Origin: Lophium mytilinum
Taxonomy: Eukaryota
Reading direction: 5' to 3'
DNA length: 64,000 nt
Assembly: GCA_010093605.1 (NCBI GenBank)
Contig: MU004183.1
Coordinates: 1-64,000, forward strand
In this document: in pieces, positions 24,601 to 37,400 of the stretch
Position numbering within the stretch: the stretch's first letter is position 1
How the letters are laid out: each line of letters begins with the position of its first letter
The notes under the pieces: model-generated
Told to the model about the DNA's origin: nothing
The model's database searches: none
What the model saw: the letters and a program-made list of their open reading frames with translations, nothing else
Program-made: the position numbers and the translations under genes

Positions 24601-26906
24601 ACCTATAATATAGTTACCCTTGCAGTAATAATATACAACCTTAGCAAAGTGGAACTTAATTAAGGGGAGTTTTAGAGTAACCTTAATAAAGAACCACAGG
24701 AGCTACTAAGGTAGGGGGAGTTATAGAGTAACCCTACTAAAGGTGCAGTAGAGTAAGATATTATAGATCGCATATAAGAAGCACTTATAAACGACGCTGT
24801 TAGTAATGCTATTAAGGACGCTATTAGAGTAAGACTACGCCGTCTACTAATAGACATTATTAAGAACTACGGCGTTAAACTTAAGCTCTACAACTATATA
24901 ATTCACGACGGCCTAATTTTTATTTAAAAGGACCGCCTATATATACCTGCTAAGGAGGAACTCTAGATAACTATTATTAAGAGCCTTTATAAGCCCCCTC
25001 TAGTTAGCTATAGTAGAATAATATCTATATATAATTATATTTTAACATACTACTTCTAGCTATAGATAACTTATAACGTTAATTAATATATTAAGGCCTG
25101 CCACCCGTGCGACCGTATTAAGCACGCTTGTAATATAAAGCAAGGCTTCCTTAAACTGCTGCCTATTCTAGATTAATACTAGACTAACCTTATAGTAGAC
25201 TTTATAGGACCCCTACCTATATACTTCTAATTTAGAAGGGACTACTAATATATTATAGTAGTAGTTAATAGACTCTCTAAGATGCGTAAATTTATTCCTA
25301 TAATAATAACTAACGCAGAGGAAGTTGCCTAAGCCTTTCTAGAATAGATCTGGCGCATAGAAGGATACCCGGAATTAATTATATCTAATTAAGGCCCTTA
25401 ATTCATTTTAACCTTTTAGTCTTACCTATGCAAGCGCATTAGCACTAAGCTAAAGCTATCTACCGCCTTCTATTCTAAGATGGATAGATAAACCAAAATC
25501 ACTAATATAGGTCTAAAACAGTTTCTTTAAGCATACATTAACTATTAATAAGACAACTAGGTTAATTACCTCGCCGTCGCTAAATTTAAGGCTAATTCCA
25601 TAAAAAACGCCTCTACTAGAGTAGCTCCCTTTATAGCTACTAAAGGCTATATTCCTAGCGCAGGCACTATACTAGCCGTATAACTACTACCTAATATAAA
25701 TGCACTAACAATTTAGCTTATAGAATGAGCAGATAGACTTATAGATAGGCTTAATAAACTACGCGCCTTTCTCTATTAAGAAATTAAATGGGCCTAAGCT
25801 AAGTAAAAGAAATACGCTAACGCTGGATAATAACTAGCTTATATATACTATCTAGGTAATATAGTTATACTTAACACGCGCTATATTAAGATAACTCGCC
25901 TAAATAAGAAGCTTAATTTTAAGAAGCTAGGTCCTTTTAAGATTCTATAAAGCTATAAAAACGGTAGTATATATAAGCTTAAGCTACCTAAAGGCATAGA
26001 AAACCTGCACCCTATCTTCTATCCTTAGCTACTCTACCTAGCCGACGCCGTTCCTATAAAAGGATAGCGTAATCCTAAGCCCCCGCCTATATAAATAATG
26101 CTAACTTATTAGGAAGGCAACGCTAAAGAGGTTGTTAATTACCGTCTTAATAGAAGACAACTTAATCTAGTTATAGGTAAAAGGGGTATGCTTTAGTATA
26201 AGATTAAATTTATTAGCTATAATAAGCTCTAATAGGACAATTATAAATACGCCGAGGGCTATCCCCGCCTTATTACAGACTTTTACCACCGCTATCTATA
26301 TCCTAAGAAACTAAAACCTTATCCGTTATTTAAACTACTATCGGACTAGAAACCAACTTTAGCTGCTATCCTTGCCGTAATAGACCTCCGCATAACTAAC
26401 GCTGCGGAAGCTACGTAATTTAATTACCGGACCGGCGGCTAAATTAATTTATTAAGGAGGCCCAACCGCGGACGTGCGCAATAATTAATGCGATGTAATA
26501 GCGCAGATTATTACGAGCACCTAGCAGCAGGCTAGTAGCTATAATAGCTATACGGCTCCTTACGGCCCCGTTATAGCCGGCCCTAGTTTAGACGAATAAC
26601 TATTGCAAGGTAATGCATAGTAATACTGCGCATAGTAATACTGCGCATAGTAATACTATGCGTAACAACACTACTAAGCTTATAATAGGAAGACTACACT
26701 AAATAGTAAGGCTGTAGAAGACTATATAAAAATGGGAAGAATAAGTAATCCTCTATAAATTAATTTATTTCCTTTATTTACTTATAATTATAGCATAATC
26801 TAGTATTTTATTTTATAGATATTTAAGCGATTACAGGTACTCTAGTATAGAAAGGACCCTCTCTTATAAAAGCTTTAATAGGGGGCTTCTTTAGAGGGGG
26901 GAGACG

Positions 26907-27106
26907 TATTATAGCTACACGTTTGCACTATAACACGTGACTAGGGTTACGTAATAAAGGCTCTGCGGAACGGGCGAATGTTGCTCCGCCCTTTAGGTTA
27001 TTACAACGTCCGTTCTAGGAACCTCTTCCTCTCTTGTATTTATCTTTTATTAATATTAATACTATTTAATCCAACAATTCCAACGTTCCAACCTTAAGCC
27101 CTAACA
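26907..27106 (+). repeat. 3' LTR
   Basis: TATTATAGCT...AAGCCCTAACA. The differences from the 5' LTR that I compared are transitions. Confidence 0.95.
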
Positions 27107-28553
27107 ACGCACTATAGATTTTAATACTCTCTACTAACCTTATTACTATTATAGCTAATAAATAAGCCTCTAGACGCACGGTTACTGCTATACTTAGTAT
27201 TTATATTTAATAATCTTTTCCTTCTAATAACGCCGTTATTCTAGCTTCTAAGTTAATTAATTCCGCCTATAATATTACTATAGACCCTATTTATATCCGT
27301 ATTAATAGCAGGATATATACTTATTATAAGCACTTATTTAAGCTAATACTTACTATAAAGTAATATACGTTACACGTATAGAACTAGAGTAAGAATATTT
27401 ATTTAAAGAATAGCCTAATTAGATAACTAGATCTTTACTACTACTACCTTTATAAGAAGTTAAAAAGACTATAGAACCTATATATTATATCTAAAGGCTA
27501 ATTAACTACTATAGATTATCTTATTAAGGTATATAGGTTTACGCCGCTAGAATATAGATACCGCTAGAGAGTATATACTAATAAGTATTAAGGTGCATAA
27601 GCTAGATAAGGAATTAAATACGTTTTAGATATTATAATAAGGGCCTCTACTAGAATATAGCACTGCTAAAGCGCTTAGTATTATATCTAATCTTAAATAA
27701 CTTAAATAACTAATAATTTAATAGGTTATCTACTATTATATTACCTTCTTTTAATTTAAGAATATATACTTTAGGGCGGTACTTAGCTTCTTAGTCCCTA
27801 GTATTAATAGGTACCTGCTAAAAGCTAGAAAGATAATATAGAAGTGGGTAATTACCGCGTAGTAAGAAAAGAAGAATATACTTAGGTAAGAACTTAGTAT
27901 AATATATTATCTATTACTATTTATTATTATCTTAATGCGCTATTAGCTAATATTACTTCTCTAGATAGGAACTTAATAATATATATAGCGCGATTTCTAT
28001 CTTATTTAATCTTTAGATATTACTAAATAGACTAGCTATTCTTAGCGTTTATTTCTACTTTATTAACTACGCTAGAAAGTATTAAACGGCCGTTATAGCT
28101 CTTTAAGAGGTTATTAGTAAGTATACTAGAGAGAATATTATATATAGCTTACTAGTAGTAATATAGAACTATAGTATATAGAAGAATATTAGATTCTTTA
28201 TAGGTAATAATGTAATAAGTAATAATAAGTATATTAATATTATCTTGCGGGCGCTTTATCTATTAATAATAGCTAAGTAATAGAAGGTACACTGGCTATA
28301 GTATTTTAGCTATATTATTAATCTATGCGCATAGGATTTTATTATTAGAAAGAATGCGGATAAGATCTACTAGTAAATTAAAGCCGCCTATATAAATTAG
28401 AACTATAGTAAAGTCTAACGCCTTTAGAAGAAGTATAGAGCGGTTAAATTAATATAGAACCTTATCTATTATATCTATAATAGTTCTTAACGCTATAGTA
28501 TTTTCTAATATATATAAAAAGGTAGCCTTCTTATAGAATAGAACGGGCTTAAG

Positions 28554-28959
28554 GTATATACTATTTATACTTTCTATTTTTTTAATTAGCCTTACTATTT
28601 TATTAATTAGCCTTACTATTTTATAGTATATACTTTCTATTTAGCTATATACTTTCTATCTTACTATATACTTTCTATTTTACTATATACTTTCTATTTT
28701 ACTATATACTTCCCGTTTTACTATATAGGCCTTAATCTATCCTTTTAAATATAGAAAGGATAAGAATAGAAAGTATATAGTAAATAGAAAGTATATAGTA
28801 AAATAGAAAGTATATAGCTAAATAGAAAGTATATATAGTAAAATAGAAAGGCTAATTAATAGAATAGTAAGGCTAATTAATAAGAAGTTTAGCTAAAGCC
28901 CCGCCGGCCGGTTATATAGCTATAGCGCACCTCTATACTATATACTAACGCGTTAATAG
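28554..28959 (+). repeat. hAT transposase intron filled with an inverted array of ~19-bp minisatellite units
   Basis: Units like tatatactttctattttac at ~28560-28725 are mirrored by gtaaaatagaaagtatata at ~28765-28885. GT at 28554 and AG at 28958-28959 restore the frame into the TRWNS motif. Confidence 0.8.
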
Positions 28960-30508
28960 CTTATCTAAAATAACTAAACCTAATAGAACTTATTATTCTT
29001 AGCTATTAGCTACTTTCTAAATTACTATAAGCGCATCTAGGAGTTTTATAAGATATATATTCCCTTAGATAGCGCTAAAAAGCTATAGATAGATAATATT
29101 CTTACTAATACCTAATAGAAATAACTTAAGTACCTCTATATAAACCTGGAGCTATTCTATAAGGCTATACTTATAGTAGAAGGTTATAAGATATTACTTA
29201 TAAATTATTTTATAACTCTTAATTAGCTAGTTAATAGCCTTAACGCGTTAAAGGCTTAATTTATAGAGTTATTATATAATATATAACGGCGCACTAAAGT
29301 TAAGGTATATTAGTACCTCTCTAACTACACCTTAATAGTATAGGAAAAGGCTAATAAGTACTACCTCTTAACTAATAAGGAATTACCTGTATACTACGCT
29401 GCTATTATCTTTAATTCTTCTCTTAAGACAAAATAGTTTAATAAGAAGTAGAAACGGCACCCTATTAAGAAGAACTATATTAAGATTATAAATAAATTTA
29501 TAGAGAACTACTAGTAAAGTAGCTATTATAGTAATACTACGTATCTCTATAACTAGTAGCCTATATTACCTAAACCTATACTAACGCCTCTTTCTTAATA
29601 GCCTTAAATATATACGTCCGCATAAGACTATAAGCGCCTTAAGATTATATATAATAGTAATAATAGTAATAATAATAGCGTTACTAAGATGCCTAATTTC
29701 TATAAAGAATATATTAAGACCTCTACTATATTACCTATATAAGTATATAGCCTTAAGGGTAATAATAAATACCTCTCTATTAATAAGATAATACTATAGT
29801 AGAATAATAGATATAATTTCTAGCTAGATCTTGCATAGTTTATATTAGACATTCTTATAGTGCCGCTAATATCTAATAACTATAAAAGGCTATTTAGTAG
29901 AGCTTCTATTATACTTAAAAAGTAATGCAGGCGGCTTTAGATAGATATAATTAAGGTAAATAAATATCTATAGTTAGTATTTAGGCCGCTACTAAAGAAT
30001 ACTTTTAATAATAATATAGAATATATAGAGTTACTTAGTATATTATATATAATACTAAGCTTACTTATAGAGGTAGTAGTAGTATAGTTATAGGCCTTAT
30101 AATAGGTAGAGGTAGATTAGAAGGATAATAGTAATAATAATAATAATAGCAATAATAAAGTAGTATTAGAAGCGGCGGCAGTAGCTATAATAGCTAAGGC
30201 CAATAGTAGAGTATATAAGAAAGAGACACTTTTAATTAATATATAAATAGAAAGTATATATAAAGAAATAGGAAGTATATATAAAGGCTATATAAAATAG
30301 AAAGAATAAATAGCTCTATACTAAGCTTTAATACTAAGATTTTATAGCGCTAAACTTCTTTAGGTAATATACTAACTATTTTAGGTAACTATCTATATAT
30401 TACCTCCCTTATAGATAATTTAGGAGCGCTAGGAGCTCTATAGCAATTCCTGTAGATGGAGTAGATTTAAGGCGAAATCTAGTCCAGTCCAGTCCAGTTC
30501 CATTACTG

Positions 30509-30575
30509 CTTTAGCGTCTCCGCTGAGAACCTTAAGTATGAGCGCGGGGTCGGTGTAGGCGGTTTCGGAGGGCAT
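30509..30575 (-). pseudogene. zf-MYND paralog A, 5' fragment (start codon) stranded beyond the hAT element
   Basis: ATG at 30575 reads MPSETAYTDPALILKVLSGDA. It joins in frame through the TSD to EARRVLDQLPKEEQ and aligns with the paralog C N-terminus MPPKLNPKDPDFMLRVMRGEAEAVKVYSALP. Confidence 0.9.
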
Positions 30576-32007
30576 AATAGCTATAAGCTTAATAGCCGCT
30601 GTAAGACCTTTAGTAAGATTAGTGTTATAAATAAAGGAGGACTTTTTAAGGCAGGATGTTTTGTAGACTAGAAGTGCCTAGGTAGACCCGGAAGAAAGAT
30701 AGGCCATTTAAATGGTAAATTAGCCGTTAACCACACTTCTATCTCTACATAGCATGAACCGACACAGGGGGCTTCCTAAGCTTTACTCGGCCTCCAACGT
30801 AGCGACTCCCCCGCCTATTTTATAAGTCGAAATGCTTTATTAATACGATCAGCTACGCAAAATCAGCCAAGAAATAGACAAGAGCCAGGATGACACAGGG
30901 GGTTTGCGACCTACACTGTCACTAGCATCGTTACACTAGAAGATATGGTCCCATAGTTAGTATACTTTTCACACCATTGCCATACTTGTTACGGCAGAAT
31001 TCGGGATACGGCGGGAAGGTTTCATCCTAGGTACTTCTCAATCACCCCCGTCCTTTTCCGTACTGCTTGAACGCTCCAGCACTCCTTTAAGCAAGATCTA
31101 GACCCTAGTTCTATCGCCTAGGTCCAGACCCTAACTGTTTCATCACCTAGGGTATTAATGGCAATTCAGAGGGACCAGGATTGCTCGGAGGACTCTATTC
31201 GCCATTTAAACTTCCCCAGGCATTTACTCTCTAATACAACAGATATAAAGATCTAAGCGGGCACACATTAGACGTTACTCCGGTATAGCTTGAACGAAGA
31301 GCTAAAGTACATGTCCTGCTGCTGAAATACTCACTAGATGTTGGCGACATGACTATTAGCTATTTGTGGGGAAAAACTAGAGAATGGCGCCGAGCAGCTG
31401 TCAGGTGCTGGAACACCAGGAGAATGCCTTACGGAAGCTGGGCATATAGCAAAAGAGGGGTAAGCAAGGAGGTAAAATGAGCGTTACAAGGACCTGAGAC
31501 GGTTCCACAGGCACAGTCTTCTCATGAGGAAGGTTTGCTCGACTAGCGGCGCTATCCCTCAGCTAAAATTAATTGCGAAAGCTAAGAATCAAGCCATTGA
31601 GGGTATCAAGACTTCGGAGGAATGAAGGAACACGTTGTATGTGTTTGGAAGTGTGAGTGCTCCTCGCCAATTGTAGTCAATTTAAATGATTGATGGAAAT
31701 CTACCACATACACTACGTTACATCGAGCTACTATAAAGAGATAATAGTCGAGTTTCGTACATCGTTAGAGTTGCTACTAGGTTACCGCACGATTGTTTCA
31801 GGCACCTATACTCAACGCTGGGAATCGAAAGTGCCATGTCAACGCATAATCAGAGTGACGTCCCGGAAAAACGTAAGGGCCGGTATACGTATGCGGATAT
31901 AGTGAATTGGTAAACGACTCCGCCGAGCAACCTCACACGCTCTTCCTCGCTCCCAGACCAAACTACACACCACGTCTCAACAGTGTTCACAAGGCGGAAG
32001 TGCGAAG

Positions 32008-32703
32008 ATGGCAGATATCGACTTTAGCAACGCCGCAACGGCCATGAAACTCATCCTCAACCCGACCAATGAGCTTACCCGCGCCTTCAACGCTCTGTCG
32101 CAGACTGAGCAGGACGCAATCCTGGAGACGATCTCCAACAGTGCTCTCCCGACGACCAACTTCTTTCCCGATAACGCGAGTGATCCTGCATTCCGCGATG
32201 TCGAGTTGCAGTTCTACGCGGATGACTACCAGATGCCAGTAGAAGATACGGTGCCACCTGCCTACTGGGGCGAGGACGGTAATGGACTCTACCGCATTGA
32301 AAAAAAGGAGAGCGGAGAGGGTTACGTGGTCAGACGCAAGTGTTGGAGACCCGATGAGGACCGTAAGTGCGAGCATGCTGAATTGCCGTAACGGTACATT
32401 CAGGTCGGCTCAAGCTTACATATCAAAGCACAGGAAGAGAGGCCAACCGGTTGGAGCCCAAAGGTCTACAACCCGAACCTCAACAATACGCCGCAGGAGC
32501 TGGTTTGCTCCCATTGCCAAGCCTCAGGCGAGCTGTTCAAGTGCCCCGTGTGCAACATCATGCCTTATTGCTCTGAGCGGTGTCGGAATGCTGACTGGGA
32601 GATTCATCGGGAACGTTGCGAACATGACGCGGTCATCGGACATGCCGGATGGACTAGGAGACACCCGAGACTGAGCGAGGTTGGCAGAGGCTCCCGTGCT
32701 TGA
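32008..32703 (+). CDS. zf-MYND paralog B (single N-domain + one MYND finger), ~209 aa
   Basis: Exons 32008-32362 and 32429-32703 (phase 1). Exon 2 reads PQEERPTGWSPKVYNP...CSHCQASGELFKCPVCNIMPYCSERCRNADWEIHRERC. Confidence 0.88.
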
Positions 32704-33392
32704 GATCTCGGTGTTCTAGGCACCTCTACATGGGAAACTGGTGAAGATGGATTATTGAGTACTCGTAGCAGCATCCAGCAATCAACACTGATGTGGCGAC
32801 GAAACAGAGTATACACGGGATTAGCTAGGCTCTCAACCCCTCTGTAGCTGTAGATCCCTCTTTCACAATAATTTTCCGGGTAATGACTGAAGTTTGCCCA
32901 TGAGAGCGACTCGGTATCACTTCAAACTCTGTTGATTAGCGTGAGTGTGCCTGCTTTCAAAACGTAGTCTATATCATCACGCGCAACAATGAGTCTACCA
33001 AGAAGACTCTAATCAGGATTGTGATATTCCTACCCACAGTCCAATGAGACGCAATTAGCTAATAAGACAACGATAATGAGATTGCCAAGAAACGTCAAGG
33101 CTCTAACATTCCCGGATCCCAAATCAGCGTAATCTAATCTTGAACAACCGCTGGGCATGCGCATCTGCTTGATAAGTTTGAAAGGCCCGAACTCGATTGC
33201 TGTAAGATCTCGAGTAGACGCTATCGACCGTGGCTCCTCTATTATATTACTTAAGATCGCTTTGCAAGAGGCATAGCGATGGTCACGCGTGGGGGCAACT
33301 TCTCTGACAAGTTTCTCTCTCGGAAAAGCTCGACTAAAAAGCGCCAAATATAGTCCTGTCGTTGATACATAGGATTCCGACATCTCCAATGT

Positions 33393-34658
33393 TCAGGCAA
33401 CCCACTTATAGTCCGGGAGTGGAAACGTCTTAGTATTGGCAAAGGCGGCACCAAGGTACTTCTGTGCGAAATCGGCGATGCCCGTCCAAGCGATAAAAGC
33501 GAAAGCGTAGTTTCGCAGCCATATCCCCCAGGTTGTCTGTGGGGCAAGAATCGTGGTGATGAACGGTGGGATCTTCTGCATTTCCTTGATGATCGGCCTC
33601 ATTTGTTGCTCGTAGCCCTTCAGACCGGCTGCGAGGTCGCCTGTATGTTTGCCAACCTCACCAGCCAAGATGTAGGCGCCGGCGAGGGCGAGACTCGTAC
33701 CACCACCGGCGGGCCCTGTCGCGTAGCCTGCATCGCCGACCAGCACGAAGCGTCCATTGTACAGACTTGGGAGCTTGACCTGGACAATCTCGCTGGCATA
33801 GAAGTCTTCGGAGTCCATCATCTCCTGCATGAAATAGTTGCTCTTCCATCCGGCGCCCTGGTAGTGTTGGGCTATGTATCTTTTGAGCGAATCGTCACCG
33901 TGGATCGAGGCCTGGCGAAAGGGTAGCGTGGCGTCGAGCTTGCCTCGTGAGTGAATGTTCATTAACAAAACTCGACTATGACCTGATGGATCTAATCCAA
34001 CACTCATAAAACGGCCGCCGACGGCACTATAACCCTGTCCCACTCTGCTTCCTTGGAGTAGATCCTGATTTATGGTGAAGTAAGCTGCCCAGGAGTTGGA
34101 TGGGATGATGTGATCCCGGACACTGCACCCAAAACCTATAGCTCGAGTCCTCGAGGTCGCGCCATCACAGCCAATGACAAGGTCGTACTTCGAAGTTGCT
34201 GATCCGTTTGCAAACTCAACTGTGATGGGACTGCCATCTGACTCGCTTTGCTGCATTGAGGCAATTTGCTCATTGAAGATGTACGTGATGTTGTCGTCGT
34301 CTTTGGTGAGGTCGAAGATAATCTTTGCCAGGTCACCACGAAAGATCTCGTACTCTGAGACGAGAGACTGCTGATCAGGATTCCCAGTGGCTCTGATGGT
34401 TCCATAAGGTCGGCCGTCTTCACGGACGAAACTTATACCCTCTTCCTGCGTTGACTTGGCTCGCACCTGAGCCTCCATGCCCGACATTTTCCGCATGACA
34501 GAGACGCCAGCGGTGCGAATGTCAACGGCCTGCCCACTAGTGCGTAGTTCCGGGAAGCGCTCGATGACCGTGACTTGAGCGCCAGCTTTGGCCAACCAGT
34601 AGGCTGTCGCCGGGCCGGCGATGGATGCTCCCACAACAAGGACCTTCAGTCCAGACAT
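33393..34658 (-). CDS. FAD-dependent monooxygenase/oxidoreductase (FAD_binding_3, aromatic hydroxylase-like), 421 aa, intronless
   Basis: Rossmann motif VLVVGASIAG, DG motif DLVIGCDGATS, and GD motif FVLVGDAGY...GGGTSLALAGAYILA. Confidence 0.93.
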   Translation of the reverse strand: MSGLKVLVVGASIAGPATAYWLAKAGAQVTVIERFPELRTSGQAVDIRTAGVSVMRKMSGMEAQVRAKSTQEEGISFVREDGRPYGTIRATGNPDQQSLVSEYEIFRGDLAKIIFDLTKDDDNITYIFNEQIASMQQSESDGSPITVEFANGSATSKYDLVIGCDGATSRTRAIGFGCSVRDHIIPSNSWAAYFTINQDLLQGSRVGQGYSAVGGRFMSVGLDPSGHSRVLLMNIHSRGKLDATLPFRQASIHGDDSLKRYIAQHYQGAGWKSNYFMQEMMDSEDFYASEIVQVKLPSLYNGRFVLVGDAGYATGPAGGGTSLALAGAYILAGEVGKHTGDLAAGLKGYEQQMRPIIKEMQKIPPFITTILAPQTTWGIWLRNYAFAFIAWTGIADFAQKYLGAAFANTKTFPLPDYKWVA

Positions 34659-36599
34659 TGTTTATGGTTGATAACCAACGAAACTAATTCTACTCTGGGA
34701 TATCCTAAAGCTTAGCGATCCAGGAGATGATTCGTGAAGGTTTCCGGCAATGAACAGGTGTATGGAGTTTCTGGCAGGCCTCCTGTGGTCCGTTGGTGTT
34801 TGACTGTCGACTGGTTGTATTAGAGGTCAATTCGACACGAAGAATGGAGGTCGAGGGTGGGTATACCGCTAGATTAGCTCAATACCCAACACAGCTTAGC
34901 GGCTTGACGAGACAAGCCATCTCTACTTCATACCATGGTATTCTGATACCTAAAATCGGTAGGATGCAAGCTTAAATATGATCATTTTATTCATGTTCAG
35001 AATAGTTCAGGCTATCAGAATGCAAGGGTATCACGATCAGAAGACATTTCAGGGTATCACGTGATGATTGATCAGAGAATGACGTCCTCTTGGAAATTAT
35101 GAGCGAATTGTGCTTCGACTGAAGCTCATCTCTCTAATAGTTCTCACAATGCCCCCGTATACTCAGCTTAGCGGGCGTTCAAATGGGCGCATTGCAGGCT
35201 TGTCGCTTTGAGAACGGAAGAGTGGTTTAGCGCTCCGTAGAATCGGCACGCGCAGGACGCGAAACCTCAATACCGACTCTTTTCCAACGGCGCGTCGTCC
35301 CAGTATCATTCTTCAAGCTTCACAGCATCCTCCCATCGCGATCCTCCGCCCCCAAGTCTTCATCTTCATACGTCCGCCTAGGTGAGCCTCTGCAATAAAC
35401 TGCCTGACGGAAGGGCATCTCGAAAGCCAGGCGCGCATAACACGACAACGACCAAGTGCAATGCATTCAGCCTATCTCCATTCCCCCCAGCCGACCCCCA
35501 AGCCGTCGAATCGCGGATCTGGACTTCTCAAGAGTCCGGAAGGTAATAGGCCCAGGCTACCCACTCTCGCTCTTGTATTGTTCTTCTCTCAGCATGTCTA
35601 GGCCGGAGATTCGGGAGAGTATGCTGATGCTGCCTGAACAGGTCTGCAATCCTCGCCTCGCAAGCGACGTAATCATCGCTGGCTTTGACGGCCTGGTACA
35701 TACATCTACGCATACCCCACTCTTAGGTGTTACGCTAATACGACAGAAGCTATAACTGCGGCCGTATTGGGTAGGGTGGTGAGGTTTTCTTTGCGAACGT
35801 CAGTTTACGATCTTCTTCAAGAGCGTTCTTACCTGCGTTTACTGCCTTCTTTCATCTCATACAAACATCAGTCCTACTGTTCCCTTCGCCGTCCACATGT
35901 ATCCTATATCATAATCATAGTGCCGTGGGAGATGCTACGCCTTGACAGGTCATGACTTTGTACTCGTGAGAGTCTGTACAGTTTCGGTTGCCACTGCCTG
36001 GGGTACTCCCCCCGAGCTTCCAGGATCTAGGTGCAGGTAAAGCTTCATGCAATGCGATCTGCGTCGTCTTTTGAATTGCCAACTTCCTGTTCGCTGAGCC
36101 ACTCCTAACGGCGATATCGAGTGAGCAACAGCAGAGCCGTGCAGCCCTGGATCCGCAGCCCTGGATCCGTGGTGACGGCGTAAGCGTTTATATAGTACAA
36201 GTAAAGCTGCCTACTGATGGGCCCACTGCACACTAACTGGACTGCCCCTAGCATTGGTTTCTAGCTGCTGAAGCGGCAGACAAGCATTGGACTGTCTGTG
36301 TGCTATGTTCCCAGGCTCATAGCACGAACAGAAGATGAAAAAAGCACCACCTAAGTTGGCCTTCATGCTGAGCATGCCCAGGAGAGCCTTCCTACTCCTT
36401 GGCTCTACATTACTACGGGCATTTTAGGCCCAATGGTCCACGAATGCTCCGAGTCCAGCCTCAAATAAGGTCTCATGCTGCTATGCGGAGAAGTTCAATT
36501 TGCCAGCCCTCCTGGGACCATTTTATTCCACAACAACGCCCGGGTATATGAGCTCCAGTCTAGTGGCAAAACTGTTCACACTTTTGCAGATATCATTGT

Positions 36600-37154
36600 G
36601 AACGCTTCGGCATGCGGACTTGCGATGGCGACTTTGCATTCGAGGTAGCGAAATTGGACCTTATCGGGCTTTTTGTTTCAAACACCGCACTTTTATGCCT
36701 CGCCGCGGGGTAGTAGACGACCAGCTTCCATACCTCCCGTTCCTCCTCTTGGACTAAGGATGATTAGCCAGTCCGACATGATGAAGATGAAGCGTCTCAG
36801 TGCATACCCCCATCACCAGGTGACCAGACTTCCAGCGCGTCAGATCGCTACCCAGTATCTGACCTTGTCAACTCGGGGCTCCCACATACAAGGTTGTCGA
36901 CTTCGCTCCAGTAAGCCGGCTGGGCCACGTCGATCACAGACTTTGCCTGTAACTTCGCGAGTTACTACAGCCCGATGGCTCGGACCCCGAGGTTATTCGC
37001 ATTGTTGAGGCCATCATCATGGCGCTGCCGATTTTCTCGGATGTAGCTGCTTGCTCGGATTCGTAGAAGTCGAGGAACGCAGCCATAGTTTCTGGCTCTG
37101 CGGTCATGAACACCGCGGAGTCACGGGATCGTTGAAGTCCTTCCTGGGTGACAT
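36600..37154 (-). pseudogene. zf-MYND paralog E, frameshifted pseudogene
   Basis: ATG 37154 MSPRKDFNDPVT / fs / AVFMTAEPETMAAFLDFYESEQ / fs / NNANNLGVRAIGL**LAKLQAKSVIDVAQPAYWSE...VWSPGDG. Intron 36807-36754, then VQEEEREVWKLVVYYP / fs / KCGV*NKKPDKVQFRYLECKVA (decayed MYND). Matches paralog B (DTVPPAYWGE, PQEERPTGWSPKVYNP) and D (NANNPLFR). Confidence 0.75.
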
Positions 37155-37400
37155 TGTAGCTGGTTCCGATCTTTTCAATTAGCAGGGTCAACCGATGAAA
37201 TAACCGACAAGGCACACTGTGTAATGAAGAGAGAGTTAATGTTTTTGGGGCCGAACAAAGGTCACTAAGTGCAAAAGCTGCTGCGTCCGTGCACTTCTCC
37301 CTTGCACTGTAATCTAAGTTGCCTTATATCTCTCCGGCTTCCTTAGCCAAATCACCCTCGCAACTACACTCACCAAAGACTACCCGACCTTCTCGCAACC

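Larger units (their letters stand above)
18471..27106 (+). mobile_element. Full-length Ty3/Gypsy (chromovirus-like) LTR retrotransposon, RIP-inactivated
   Basis: 200-bp LTRs, 5-bp TSD ACGCA (18466-18470 / 27107-27111), polypurine tract ~26892-26903. Gag knuckle RCFSYFKKNYRVGNLECP ~21896; protease LIDSRC ~22348; RT LPFSLCNAPATFQ/YLNNILIF 23557-23670; RNase H YNKELLAIV ~24229; integrase C-HP-C ~25100 and GPFKI ~25930; chromodomain-like ~26130-26290. Domain order PR-RT-RH-IN. Confidence 0.96.
18085..30508 (+). mobile_element. hAT DNA transposon (RIP-inactivated) with a nested Gypsy element
   Basis: Terminal inverted repeats (TIRs) CAGTGAAGGAACTAGACTGGA (18085) and TCCAGTCCAGTTCCATTACTG (to 30508). 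8-bp TSD CTTCAGCG (18077-18084) / CTTTAGCG (30509-30516). Transposase relics: BED finger ~27380-27535, ISILFNL*ILLN (SFDLWTSPN) ~27995, L*YFSYIINLC (RCFGHIINL) ~28295, T**NL (TRWNS) ~28980, and dimerisation motif DILIVPLISNNYKRLFS ~29850. Confidence 0.93.

Noticed and set aside
23491..24857. ORFs 23491-23718 and 24672-24857 as genes
   Set aside because: The first is a stop-free fragment of the Gypsy RT; the second is antisense to pol.
28560..28890. Regular short repeats as a CRISPR array
   Set aside because: No unique spacers, inverted arrangement, fungal context, no cas genes.
30780..31630. Possible decayed gene with an intron-like segment near 31283-31337
   Set aside because: All frames I read contain stops, with no recognisable motif and no MYND similarity. 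Cannot be supported.
35200..36500. Coding-like GC-normal stretch and a 14-bp tandem duplication (gcagccctggatcc x2, 36141-36168)
   Set aside because: Only short ORFs without motifs; the duplication is consistent with trivial slippage.
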